Shown piece by piece: positions 55,782 through 64,000 of a DNA stretch of 64,000 bases. Within the stretch, counting starts at the first letter, position 1, and every line of letters starts with the position of its first letter. The translations under genes and the position numbers were made by a program. A model generated the notes under the pieces. That model saw nothing but the letters and a program-made list of their open reading frames with translations. It was not told the DNA's origin and ran no database searches. The stretch comes from Crocinitomicaceae bacterium (GTDB taxonomy: Bacteria > Bacteroidota > Bacteroidia > Flavobacteriales_D > Crocinitomicaceae), in assembly GCA_021738405.1 (NCBI GenBank), contig JAIPCC010000003.1:308-64307 (forward strand), in the 5' to 3' direction.

Positions 55782-56869
55782 TGCCACTGCTTTCCATTGC
55801 AGAAATCTATGCGCTCATTGATGAGTTCGATCCAGTGCGCTATGGAAAAACCCGCAATTACCAAAATGGCGGGGTATCCAAATTGTCTGCCTATTTTTCA
55901 AGAGGTGTCATTTCTACCCGACAAGTATACGAACGCTTGCGCGAGAGGGGATTTTCGCTGTATGAAATGGAGGCTTTTCTCATGGAACTTTGCTGGCGAG
56001 ACCATTCCCAAAGGGTTTGGCAGCACCACGACCCGCAACTTGAAGCGCGCGCTGCGCAACATTATATCCACAACGACCAACAACTGCCAACAGCCATTTT
56101 AGAGGCCAACACCGGTATTCAGGCCATTGACGACGCGCTGCGCGAACTCAGAGCCACCGGCTACATGCACAATCACCTGCGCATGTATTTGGCTGCGCTC
56201 GTCTGCAACCATTACGGTGCACATTGGCGCACCGCTGCCAAATGGTTCTTTGGCCAGCTCTGCGACGCCGATGCAGCGAGCAATCACCTCAGTTGGCAAT
56301 GGGTTTGCGGCGCCAACGCACCCAAAGTATATTACGCCAACCAAGATAACATCAATAAATATACTGGCAGCTCGCAAAAAGGCAGTCCGCTCGATACTTC
56401 CTATGAAGCGCTACCCGCCCTCCGCATTGCTGCTACTTGGCAGACACCCAATTATCTATTCGAACCAAACCCAACGAATCCGGCGTTGATAGACACCACC
56501 CTTCCTACGCATATTTACACGCCGTATCACCTTGACCCGAAGTGGAGAAATACAACAACTGCCAACAACATTTTATTCTGGGACCTCCAACACTGGGACG
56601 ACTACCCTTTTAGCGAAGCGGTATTCAACTGGATCAACGACCTCGCGAAGGTCCAAATTCCAAATATACAACTGGTAGTGGGCACATGGGGTGATCTGCA
56701 ATCGAGACTCAACTTACAAGATACTTTTACAAAAGAACACCCCCTGACTGCGGCCTATGGCGTCAATGTAGATCAAAGAGCTTGGCTGTGGCCATTGAGC
56801 GAAGAAAAACCGGGGTCTTTTTTCAATTACTGGAAAAAAGTTCAAAAACACCTGCGCCGTGAAAACTGA
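55778..56869 (+). CDS. Photolyase FAD-binding-domain homologue lacking the N-terminal alpha/beta domain
   Basis: [32 protein letters not shown] and LSWQWVCG match the helical FAD-binding domain of the cryptochrome/photolyase family. There is no IVWFRRDLR-type N-domain. The last ~140 aa are unassigned. ATGA overlap with the SDR stop. Confidence 0.7.
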   Translation: MMPLLSIAEIYALIDEFDPVRYGKTRNYQNGGVSKLSAYFSRGVISTRQVYERLRERGFSLYEMEAFLMELCWRDHSQRVWQHHDPQLEARAAQHYIHNDQQLPTAILEANTGIQAIDDALRELRATGYMHNHLRMYLAALVCNHYGAHWRTAAKWFFGQLCDADAASNHLSWQWVCGANAPKVYYANQDNINKYTGSSQKGSPLDTSYEALPALRIAATWQTPNYLFEPNPTNPALIDTTLPTHIYTPYHLDPKWRNTTTANNILFWDLQHWDDYPFSEAVFNWINDLAKVQIPNIQLVVGTWGDLQSRLNLQDTFTKEHPLTAAYGVNVDQRAWLWPLSEEKPGSFFNYWKKVQKHLRREN

Positions 56870-58403
56870 AATAGGTGTGGTTTGGTTCAAGCGAGACTTG
56901 CGCCTCCAAGACCACGCCGCGTTGTGCGCAGCAGAGCAAAGTAACTTAGCACTCCTCTACATTTGGCTGCTTGAACCCCAAGAGTGGGCGGCTCCTGAAA
57001 ACGCCTTGCGCCATTGGCAATTTCAGTATGGATCAGTGTTGCAAATCAACAAAGAATTGGCTCAAATTGGCAGAAAAATCCACATTTGCATGGGCGAGGC
57101 CACTGATGTTTTTGAACATTTGCACAGCGAATTTGACATCAAGGCAGTCTGGAGCTACCAAGAGTCGGGGCAGCCAAGAACCTTTGCCCGAGACCGCGCG
57201 CTGCAGGCTTTTTTCAAGCAAGAGCACATCGCTTGGACAGAATTTCAGCGAGACGGTATTGTGCGCGGTCTCAAAAACCGCAAAAACTGGGATAAATCTT
57301 GGTTTGCATACGTCAACAGCCCCATCTTGCAATTTACACCAAACCCCGAAAACAAATTTGTGGCTTGGGAGCCCCCCTTTGACCTCTCAGAAGCGCTCCA
57401 GTCACAACTGGAACAATACCCCGAAAGCTTTCAAAAAGCTGGGCCCTACTATGCGAATCGTTACCTTGCTGATTTCTTAGAAAAAAGAAGTTGGTTCTAC
57501 CAAAAAGGCATCTCTAAACCCGCTATGAGCAGAAAGAGTTGCAGCCGACTCTCCCCTTTTTTAGCCTGGGGCAATTTATCGATTCGCCAAGTGGTGCGAG
57601 CCAGCTCCGCCTACCTCAAACAGCCTCAAAATAAACAAAACCTCGACGCTTTCCTAACGCGCCTGCATTGGCATTGTCATTTTATTCAAAAATTCGAAAC
57701 CGATTGCACTTATGCCACGCACTGCATCAACAAAGCATATGAGGGTTTGACCTATCCAAAAGACGATGCCTTGCTCGCCGCCTGGAAAACCGGAACAACT
57801 GGCTTTCCGTTGGTAGATGCCAACATGCGCTGTTTGCAGCAAACGGGCTGGATCAATTTTCGGATGCGGGCCCTGCTAGTCTCTTTTTTGTGTCATCATT
57901 TGCTGCAAAACTGGCAAGATGGCGTCAATCATTTGGCAAATCTCTTTTTGGATTTTGAACCCGGTATTCATTACCCACAATTTCAGATGCAAGCCGGCAC
58001 CACTGGCGTCAATACCATCCGTGTGTACAATCCTGTTCACAATAGCTACAAACATGACCCAGATGCAGTTTTTATCAAACAATGGGTGCCCGAGCTAGCA
58101 GAGCTTCCGCTGCCCTACATTCATGAGCCTTGGAAAATGACCGAAATGGATATGGCCATATACAACTTTAAACTGGGGAGAGACTACCCCTTGCCCGTTG
58201 TAGATCCGAAAGATGCTAGAAAAGAGGAACGCAAATTTCTCTGGGACATCCGCAAAAGTGCGAAAGGGAAAAGCGAAGGACAGAAAATCATTGAGACCTT
58301 AGTGCGGCCCTCAAAGGCGCGCCAAGAACCAAAACGCAAGCAGACCCAAAGTCAGAGAAACAAAGATATTGAGTCCAAACATGGCCAGTTGCCCTTGTTG
58401 TAG
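56859..58403 (+). CDS. Cryptochrome/photolyase family protein (full length)
   Basis: The N-domain [16 protein letters not shown] and the FAD domain ([69 protein letters not shown]). GTG start at 56859 (or 56877); there is no in-frame ATG. Confidence 0.8.
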   Translation: MKTEIGVVWFKRDLRLQDHAALCAAEQSNLALLYIWLLEPQEWAAPENALRHWQFQYGSVLQINKELAQIGRKIHICMGEATDVFEHLHSEFDIKAVWSYQESGQPRTFARDRALQAFFKQEHIAWTEFQRDGIVRGLKNRKNWDKSWFAYVNSPILQFTPNPENKFVAWEPPFDLSEALQSQLEQYPESFQKAGPYYANRYLADFLEKRSWFYQKGISKPAMSRKSCSRLSPFLAWGNLSIRQVVRASSAYLKQPQNKQNLDAFLTRLHWHCHFIQKFETDCTYATHCINKAYEGLTYPKDDALLAAWKTGTTGFPLVDANMRCLQQTGWINFRMRALLVSFLCHHLLQNWQDGVNHLANLFLDFEPGIHYPQFQMQAGTTGVNTIRVYNPVHNSYKHDPDAVFIKQWVPELAELPLPYIHEPWKMTEMDMAIYNFKLGRDYPLPVVDPKDARKEERKFLWDIRKSAKGKSEGQKIIETLVRPSKARQEPKRKQTQSQRNKDIESKHGQLPLL

Positions 58404-58673
58404 GAGCTGATAATTCTCAAAGGAAAACGTACTAAACGTAGACAAACCTCCGCAGAAGCCCACTACAATGAGCGGTTGTAGGCTTGTCCATTTCGGATGG
58501 TCCTTGAATTGAAAAATGAGGACGGCCAAAAGCAAACTGGCAATGATATTACTCAGCAAAGTTGACCACGGAAAAATAGTTTTGTCGAAAGGCAACACGC
58601 GCGCCAAAAACCAACGCAAAATGCTGCCCAAGCCACCACCTACAAAAACCAATAATACTGTTTTTAGTCCCAT
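58311..58673 (-). CDS. crcB: Fluoride ion channel CrcB/FluC
   Basis: [10 protein letters not shown] and [13 protein letters not shown], 120 aa, four TM helices. Confidence 0.9.
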   Translation of the reverse strand: MGLKTVLLVFVGGGLGSILRWFLARVLPFDKTIFPWSTLLSNIIASLLLAVLIFQFKDHPKWTSLQPLIVVGFCGGLSTFSTFSFENYQLLQQGQLAMFGLNIFVSLTLGLLAFWFLARL

Positions 58674-59248
58674 TTGGAAATCAATTGTGCAAATAAATGT
58701 CGCCTAAAAAGCCAACCGATAAATGCGCCTAGTAAAGCGCCACAAAACACATCAGATGGAAAGTGTACGCCGAGGTATACGCGACTGTAGGCCACCAAAA
58801 AAACGTAAATACCAAGTACATAAATCGAAAAGACATACTTTTTCAGATAGGGCAAGGTAAAGGCAAACATAGCGGCTAAATTAGCTGCATGAGACGACAC
58901 AAAGCCAAACTGTCCACCCAAATAAGGATCATTGGGGCCTATCATATAAAAATGCAAGTAGTGGTGTACAATTGGGTCGTGTGAAGGACGCAATCTTTCA
59001 AAATAATCTTTGAAAAGTTGGGTAGAAATGACATCCGTCAAGGATACCACTACGAGCGCTAATAAAAAGATAAGGCTCGTTTTTTTCCAGGAAAACTGAC
59101 TTTTGAGCAACAACAAAATGCAAAGAGCCAATGGAAAATTGATCCATTTGGAGGAAAGCACCCACATGATTTCGTCGAGCCAAGGAGCATGCAGCGCATT
59201 GATGCGCAACAACAAGCCATAATCAAGACGAAATAGAAATTCAATCAT
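58664..59248 (-). CDS. PAP2 family phosphatase (undecaprenyl-diphosphatase-like)
   Basis: PAP2 motifs ERLRPSH, VSSHAAN and [13 protein letters not shown]. Confidence 0.8.
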   Translation of the reverse strand: MIEFLFRLDYGLLLRINALHAPWLDEIMWVLSSKWINFPLALCILLLLKSQFSWKKTSLIFLLALVVVSLTDVISTQLFKDYFERLRPSHDPIVHHYLHFYMIGPNDPYLGGQFGFVSSHAANLAAMFAFTLPYLKKYVFSIYVLGIYVFLVAYSRVYLGVHFPSDVFCGALLGAFIGWLFRRHLFAQLISKWD

Positions 59249-60233
59249 TATTTAGGTGCTTCCAGATCAAGTCTTTGAGCTCCGTAAGGCCTTGTTGGGC
59301 AACGGAAGAAATAAATACATGTGGAATGGCAGGTAGGTCTTTGCTGATTTCTGCCTTGAGTTCGTCATCGAGCATGTCAGATTTGGTGATGGCCAACAAG
59401 CGTTCTTTGTGCAATAACTCAGGGTTGTATTGCTTGAGTTCATTCAGGAGAATGTTGTATTCTTTTTGAATGTCGTCGGAGTCTGCAGGCAACATGAAGA
59501 GTAATAGTGAGTTGCGCTCAATATGGCGCAAAAAGCGCAAGCCAAGGCCTTTGCCAGCGTGCGCGCCCTCGATGATGCCCGGAATATCGGCCATGATAAA
59601 CGAGCGAAAATCGCGGTAAGAGACAATTCCTAAATTAGGGCGTAAAGTCGTAAATGGGTAGTCGCCGATTTCGGGTTTGGCCGATGAAAGGACAGATAGC
59701 AAGGTACTTTTACCCGCATTTGGGAAGCCCACCAAACCGACGTCGGCCAAGATTTTGAGCTCGAGGATTTTCCAGCTTTCGATACCCTCTTCGCCTGGTT
59801 GGGCGTGGCGTGGCGTCTGATTGGTTGGTGATTTGAAATGGTTGTTGCCCATACCACCGCGGCCACCGCGTTGAATGATGCGCTCTTCGCCTTCTTCTGT
59901 GATTTCAAAGAGGATTTCACCGGTTTCGCCGTCTTTGGCAAGGGTACCAAGTGGTACGTCGATGTAGACGTCTTCACCTTGCGAACCCGATTTGAGGTTT
60001 CCCGCACCGTGTGCGCCGTGTCCGGCCTTGATGTGTTTTTTAAACTTGAGGTGCAAGAGCGTCCAGAGTTGTTTGTTGCCACGCAAATAGACGTGTCCGC
60101 CACGGCCGCCATCACCTCCATCAGGTCCTCCTTTTGGAATGTATTTTTCGCGTCTGAAGTGGGTAGAACCGCCACCACCGTTACCGGAGGTACAGTGAAT
60201 TTTTACGTAATCAACAAAGTTATCTGAAGCCAT
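59241..60233 (-). CDS. obg: GTPase ObgE/CgtA
   Basis: Obg fold [10 protein letters not shown] with Gly-rich repeats, G1 GFPNAGKST and G3 DIPGIIEGA. Confidence 0.95.
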   Translation of the reverse strand: MASDNFVDYVKIHCTSGNGGGGSTHFRREKYIPKGGPDGGDGGRGGHVYLRGNKQLWTLLHLKFKKHIKAGHGAHGAGNLKSGSQGEDVYIDVPLGTLAKDGETGEILFEITEEGEERIIQRGGRGGMGNNHFKSPTNQTPRHAQPGEEGIESWKILELKILADVGLVGFPNAGKSTLLSVLSSAKPEIGDYPFTTLRPNLGIVSYRDFRSFIMADIPGIIEGAHAGKGLGLRFLRHIERNSLLLFMLPADSDDIQKEYNILLNELKQYNPELLHKERLLAITKSDMLDDELKAEISKDLPAIPHVFISSVAQQGLTELKDLIWKHLNND

Positions 60234-60809
60234 TTAGTTGTTTGTATCTATGGCAGAGAATAAACGTTGAGTGATCTCGTCGATGCTACCAATGCCATCG
60301 ATGGCAACAAATTTGTGTTGAGCTTGGTAAAATGCCTTTACTGGGGCGGTCTCGTTATTGTATACGGTAATGCGTTTTTCAATGACTGCCGGGTCAGCGT
60401 CGTCAGGACGGCCAGAGAATTCTGCTCTTTTGAGCAAACGTGTTTTGAGTTCGGTTTCTTCTACTTCGAGGGCCAGCATCAAAGAGATTTCAGTTTGAAG
60501 ACTCGCTAAAAATTCGTCGAGGGCTTGCGCTTGGGCGTTGGTGCGCGGAAAGCCGTCGAAAATAAAGCCTTTTGGGGCGTCGTGCTTGACAACTTCTGAG
60601 CGCAGCATATTGATCGTGACCTCATCGGGCACGAGCTGGCCTGCGTCCATGTAGCTTTTGGCTAGGTTGCCGAGTTCGGTTTCGCCTTTGATATTGGCAC
60701 GAAAGACATCGCCGGTGGATAAATGTACAAGACCATATTTTTCGATAAGTCTTTCGGATTGGGTTCCTTTACCTGCTCCTGGAGGGCCAAAAAGTACAAT
60801 ATTTAACAT
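60234..60809 (-). CDS. adk: Adenylate kinase
   Basis: GPPGAGKGTQ, GFIFDGFPRT and a short lid. The obg start codon abuts the adk stop codon with no intervening base. Confidence 0.95.
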   Translation of the reverse strand: MLNIVLFGPPGAGKGTQSERLIEKYGLVHLSTGDVFRANIKGETELGNLAKSYMDAGQLVPDEVTINMLRSEVVKHDAPKGFIFDGFPRTNAQAQALDEFLASLQTEISLMLALEVEETELKTRLLKRAEFSGRPDDADPAVIEKRITVYNNETAPVKAFYQAQHKFVAIDGIGSIDEITQRLFSAIDTNN

Positions 60810-60811
60810 AA

Positions 60812-61357
60812 CTAATTGATTAATTGATAAACAGCTGGAAGTTCACGACCGTGTTCTTTGTAGTCGAGGCCATAACCGACCACAAAGCGATCTTCTATCT
60901 CAAAGCCAATATAATGGGGTTGGTGTTTTCCTTTATAGGATGTTGGCTTCAGCAAAAGCGAACAAATAGCCATTGAAGCAGGTTGTTCGGTCTGAAGCAA
61001 GGTAAAAATTTTATCCATGGTGACGCCGGTGTCGAGGATGTCTTCGATGATGATGACATGGCGGTCTTTGAGGGCGGTTTGCAAGCCGATGAGCTCGTCT
61101 ACCCTACCACTCGACTGCGTGCCAACATAAGAACTCACCTTTACAAAAGTAAGCTCCGGCTTGCGTTGCAATTGCTTGAATAAATCAGAGGCAAACATAA
61201 ACGCACCATTGAGCACCGCTAAGAATATAGGATCCTTGCCTGTGTAGTCAGTGTCCAACTGACTTGCCAATTCTTTAATCCGCGTTTGTATTGTCGTTTC
61301 CGAAATGAAGGGCGCGAAAGAAAGATCGTGTATGTGAACCACTGTACGCATCGTCAT
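60812..61357 (-). CDS. hpt: Hypoxanthine phosphoribosyltransferase
   Basis: PRPP loop VIIIEDILDTGVT and VVGYGLDY. ATG at 61357 or 61351; the TTG at 61369 is unlikely because a promoter box occupies 61359-61366. Confidence 0.9.
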   Translation of the reverse strand: MTMRTVVHIHDLSFAPFISETTIQTRIKELASQLDTDYTGKDPIFLAVLNGAFMFASDLFKQLQRKPELTFVKVSSYVGTQSSGRVDELIGLQTALKDRHVIIIEDILDTGVTMDKIFTLLQTEQPASMAICSLLLKPTSYKGKHQPHYIGFEIEDRFVVGYGLDYKEHGRELPAVYQLIN

Positions 61358-61358
61358 G

Positions 61359-61366
61359 CAAAGGTA
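61359..61366 (-). promoter_or_regulatory. -7 promoter box TACCTTTG for hpt
   Basis: The plus strand reads CAAAGGTA. It lies 1 nt upstream of the ATG at 61357 and 7 nt upstream of the ATG at 61351. Confidence 0.4.
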
Positions 61367-61378
61367 CAATTTTAAACG

Positions 61379-61386
61379 TATCTTTG
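61379..61386 (+). promoter_or_regulatory. -7 promoter box TATCTTTG for purK (leaderless geometry)
   Basis: Exact TAnnTTTG with 4 nt before the ATG at 61391. Confidence 0.45.
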
Positions 61387-61390
61387 CGGC

Positions 61391-62539
61391 ATGACAAAAA
61401 CATGGTACGGTAGGGAACTACAAATTGGCGTGCTCGGCGGTGGTCAGTTGGGGCGCATGCTCATCCAAGCAGCCAATAGTTTGGACATTCAATTGCATAT
61501 GCTCGACCCCGACCCCACAGCTCCCTGTGCTGCTATTGCTTACAGTTTTGAAGTAGGTTCACTCACCGACTACAACACCGTTATGGCTTTTGGTCAAAAT
61601 AAAGACCTCATCACCGTTGAAATCGAAAATGTCAATACCGATGCGCTTCGCGAACTCGAAAAGCAAGGCGTTAAAGTTTTTCCGCAGCCGTACATCCTCG
61701 AACTCATCCGAGACAAAGGCCTGCAAAAGCAATTTTACCTAGACAACAACATCCCAACAGCACCTTTTGTGTTTTGCGATCCCGCCGCACCTTTTCACAA
61801 TCCGTTTGGTTTACCAGTCGTTCACAAGCTCCGAACAGGTGGCTACGACGGCAAAGGCGTCAACATCATCAAAGAAGCGAGTCAATTCAGTACTAGTTTT
61901 GCTGAACCCTCCATATTCGAGCAGTGCATACCTTTCTCCAAAGAATTGTCGGTCATTGTTGCGCGCAACGAGGCTGGCCAAACCAACTGTTTTCCGCTTG
62001 TTGAGTGCGAGTTCAACCCCGAGGCCAATCTGGTAGAATTTTTATTTTCACCAGCTGCAGTTTCTGAACAAATTGAAGCAAAAGCTCAGCAAATTGCCAC
62101 CGACATCATCGAAAAACTCGATATGGTGGGGCTGCTCGCAGTTGAGTTATTCCTGACCAAAGAAGGCGAACTCCTCGTCAATGAAATTGCACCAAGGCCG
62201 CACAACAGCGGGCATCATACCATAGAAATTGCGCGTTGTTCCCAATTTGAGCAGCATTTGCGCGCCATTCTCAACTTACCGCTCGGCGCTACCCAACTAC
62301 ATAGTGCAGGCGCCATGCTCAACCTCGTTGGCGAAAAAGGCCATGAAGGCCCCGTTTATTACCAAGGGCTTGAAGAAATCTTGAAATTGCCGGGTGTGCA
62401 TCCACATTTATATGGCAAGAGCCACACCAAACCTTTTCGCAAGATGGGGCACGTCACCATCAGTGCGGCCCACATGGACGACGTCCGCCGGACCGCCGAA
62501 AAGGTAAAGGCGACCATCAAAGTCATTGCTACAAAATAA
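61391..62539 (+). CDS. purK: 5-(carboxyamino)imidazole ribonucleotide synthase
   Basis: ATP-grasp with IGVLGGGQLGRM and VNEIAPRPHNSGHHT. Confidence 0.9.
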   Translation: MTKTWYGRELQIGVLGGGQLGRMLIQAANSLDIQLHMLDPDPTAPCAAIAYSFEVGSLTDYNTVMAFGQNKDLITVEIENVNTDALRELEKQGVKVFPQPYILELIRDKGLQKQFYLDNNIPTAPFVFCDPAAPFHNPFGLPVVHKLRTGGYDGKGVNIIKEASQFSTSFAEPSIFEQCIPFSKELSVIVARNEAGQTNCFPLVECEFNPEANLVEFLFSPAAVSEQIEAKAQQIATDIIEKLDMVGLLAVELFLTKEGELLVNEIAPRPHNSGHHTIEIARCSQFEQHLRAILNLPLGATQLHSAGAMLNLVGEKGHEGPVYYQGLEEILKLPGVHPHLYGKSHTKPFRKMGHVTISAAHMDDVRRTAEKVKATIKVIATK

Positions 62540-62568
62540 AAAGAGCCGCTAGTAGCGGCTCTTTTTTT
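62539..62568. terminator. Bidirectional intrinsic terminator
   Basis: AAAA-AGAGCCGCT-AGT-AGCGGCTCT-T7 lies between convergent purK and the T9SS cargo gene. Confidence 0.75.
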
Positions 62569-62589
62569 GAATCTATTTGAGTAATCAGC

Positions 62590-64000
62590 TTATCTGATCA
62601 CCAATTTCTTTTGAACGCGTTGGCCATTCATTTGCAATTCAACAATGTAAAGACCTGGTGCATAGTTGCTCGTATTGAGACCTATTTCGAAATCTCCTTG
62701 AAGGCTACCAAACTGACGCGCTTGCAAAATGCCGCCTTTCGCGTCGAGCACATGTACACTCACAGGCGCAGCAGTAGGAATATGCAGCGTGATGTTTGTA
62801 AAATCAGTTGCAGGGTTTGGCGCAACCGTGAGCATTTGCTCTAAATTAATGGAGCCAATGAGTTCGCTCAGACCGACATAACCATTCTGAACAGCTTCAT
62901 TGATATTGGAATAACCAGCGTTGTCAATTTTTCCTTGTGGATCGATGAGCATTCCGACAATGTGCATTTCGGTCTCATCCCAGGTTGCAGGTAAGGTAAA
63001 GCTAAAGTTTGCGGTGTAGTTGTCGCCTACTGTTGTAGTGGCAGCAATCACGCCTGTTTGCCCTGTAAAGCTAGGTGCAATAGCACGCGCCACATGATCG
63101 TAAACCATTTGTGCAGCAGGTACAGAGCTCGGTAAGCTCTCATAACCTCCCATTGCGCCGTTGTTACCGCCTGCATAGGCATTCGATTGGTTGTAGCCAG
63201 ATCCTGTACCTGTAACGCCGTCTTCGGTCAAGACACAAGCTACTTTGTAGGCACCTGTTGTGGCTTGCAGCATTTCAGTGCTTACTGAAACATTGAGAAC
63301 ACGCGTTGCTGGATCCCAAGTTGCGCCGTTGGTAAGCACGCCTTTAGGAGCAGTTTGCAAACGGGTAAAGAAATCAGAACCCATTTGTGAAGGATCTACA
63401 TCGCCAACGCGGTCTACAAGTGCACTTGGATAACCGCCGATCAAAGCGCCGATACCTGCATCGTAGTCCGTAACAGTCATTGGGTCACCGTTGTGCACGG
63501 CAATGCCTGCCCAGAATCCGTTGTAGTCTGCTGCAAATTTATCCATGAAGACCGCACCGCGCGGACACCACTGGCACCATGTACCTGTTGCTTCTTCGCC
63601 AACAACAATTTTACCCGCTGCTGGAACAACAGGATCTACTTCTTGTGTAAGCGTGTTGTCAGCTGCGTTGTCGTCGTTGCCGCCATTGATATTAGAAATG
63701 GTGACTACCGCGTTGTTGAGCCCTGGCACTAAGGCGAGCGTCGGAATGTTCACGGTATAGCTTGCAATGCTCGCTACGTTAACACCTGTAATGTTTTGTG
63801 TGTAGTTCTGTCCGTTGTAATTGAGGTTCACATCAAATGAAGTGAGTGCTGTCTGACCAGCGTTCAAGATAGAAACACTCGGCGCTACGTTTTGACCTGC
63901 AATGCTACCACCCATATCCAAAGAACCCACCATTGCATTGAGCGCAGGGAGTGTATAGGTTTGGTGATCAAAAATCACGTTGTCCATGAAGAATTGATTG
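62590..64000 (-). CDS. T9SS-sorted surface protein with Omp28-like/thioredoxin-like region (5' end outside the window)
   Basis: CTD LTVAPNPATDFTNITL...LYIVELQMNGQRVQKKLVIR and a WCQWCPRG motif. The frame stays open to base 64000, and the Met at 63987 is not followed by a signal peptide, so the gene probably continues upstream. Confidence 0.75.
   Translation of the reverse strand, partial: NQFFMDNVIFDHQTYTLPALNAMVGSLDMGGSIAGQNVAPSVSILNAGQTALTSFDVNLNYNGQNYTQNITGVNVASIASYTVNIPTLALVPGLNNAVVTISNINGGNDDNAADNTLTQEVDPVVPAAGKIVVGEEATGTWCQWCPRGAVFMDKFAADYNGFWAGIAVHNGDPMTVTDYDAGIGALIGGYPSALVDRVGDVDPSQMGSDFFTRLQTAPKGVLTNGATWDPATRVLNVSVSTEMLQATTGAYKVACVLTEDGVTGTGSGYNQSNAYAGGNNGAMGGYESLPSSVPAAQMVYDHVARAIAPSFTGQTGVIAATTTVGDNYTANFSFTLPATWDETEMHIVGMLIDPQGKIDNAGYSNINEAVQNGYVGLSELIGSINLEQMLTVAPNPATDFTNITLHIPTAAPVSVHVLDAKGGILQARQFGSLQGDFEIGLNTSNYAPGLYIVELQMNGQRVQKKLVIR

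Noticed and set aside
58664-58720. Looked for a fluoride riboswitch upstream of crcB.
   Set aside because: The crcB start overlaps the PAP2 gene by 10 nt, so there is no leader region. crcB appears to be the last gene of the hpt-adk-obg-PAP2 string.

Overview
This is a densely packed 64-kb chromosomal segment that looks like a Bacteroidota genome, probably Flavobacteriia-like. The assignment rests on three proteins ending in T9SS C-terminal sorting domains, a TonB-dependent receptor with a CarboxypepD_reg N-terminus, recurrent exact TAnnTTTG -7 promoter boxes, no obvious Shine-Dalgarno sequences, and the gene content. I call about 62 protein genes, one SRP RNA that the ORF track cannot show, and two clear bidirectional intrinsic terminators. 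I saw no tRNA, rRNA, CRISPR array, transposase or integrase. Most of the window is housekeeping: two 2-oxoacid dehydrogenase E2 genes plus pdhA, guaB, rpsF-rpsR-rplI, mtaB-queD-folE, dapD, trhO, lgt, obg, adk, hpt, purK, crcB, SurA-like PPIases and MoxR. I did not find a convincing complete novel defence or mobile system. The candidates most worth a second look are listed here. (1) An ffs-led operon couples an RPE-fold enzyme with a CBS pair, a DAHP synthase and a KdsC-type phosphatase. (2) A TonB receptor is flanked by two tiny Cys/His-rich proteins, one with a CXXCH motif, with a 28-bp tandem duplication over the first start codon. (3) A TPR, phosphosulfolactate synthase, WD40 and FG-GAP/T9SS operon. 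(4) Three AT-rich single-gene islets (KilA-N, DUF1016 nuclease with 12-bp flanking direct repeats, pentapeptide-repeat protein). (5) Promoter boxes lie 3-5 nt from start codons, which implies leaderless mRNAs. (6) An SDR, truncated photolyase-homology and cryptochrome/photolyase operon whose 3' end overlaps crcB by 93 nt. All family assignments come from motif recognition by eye, not from database searches.
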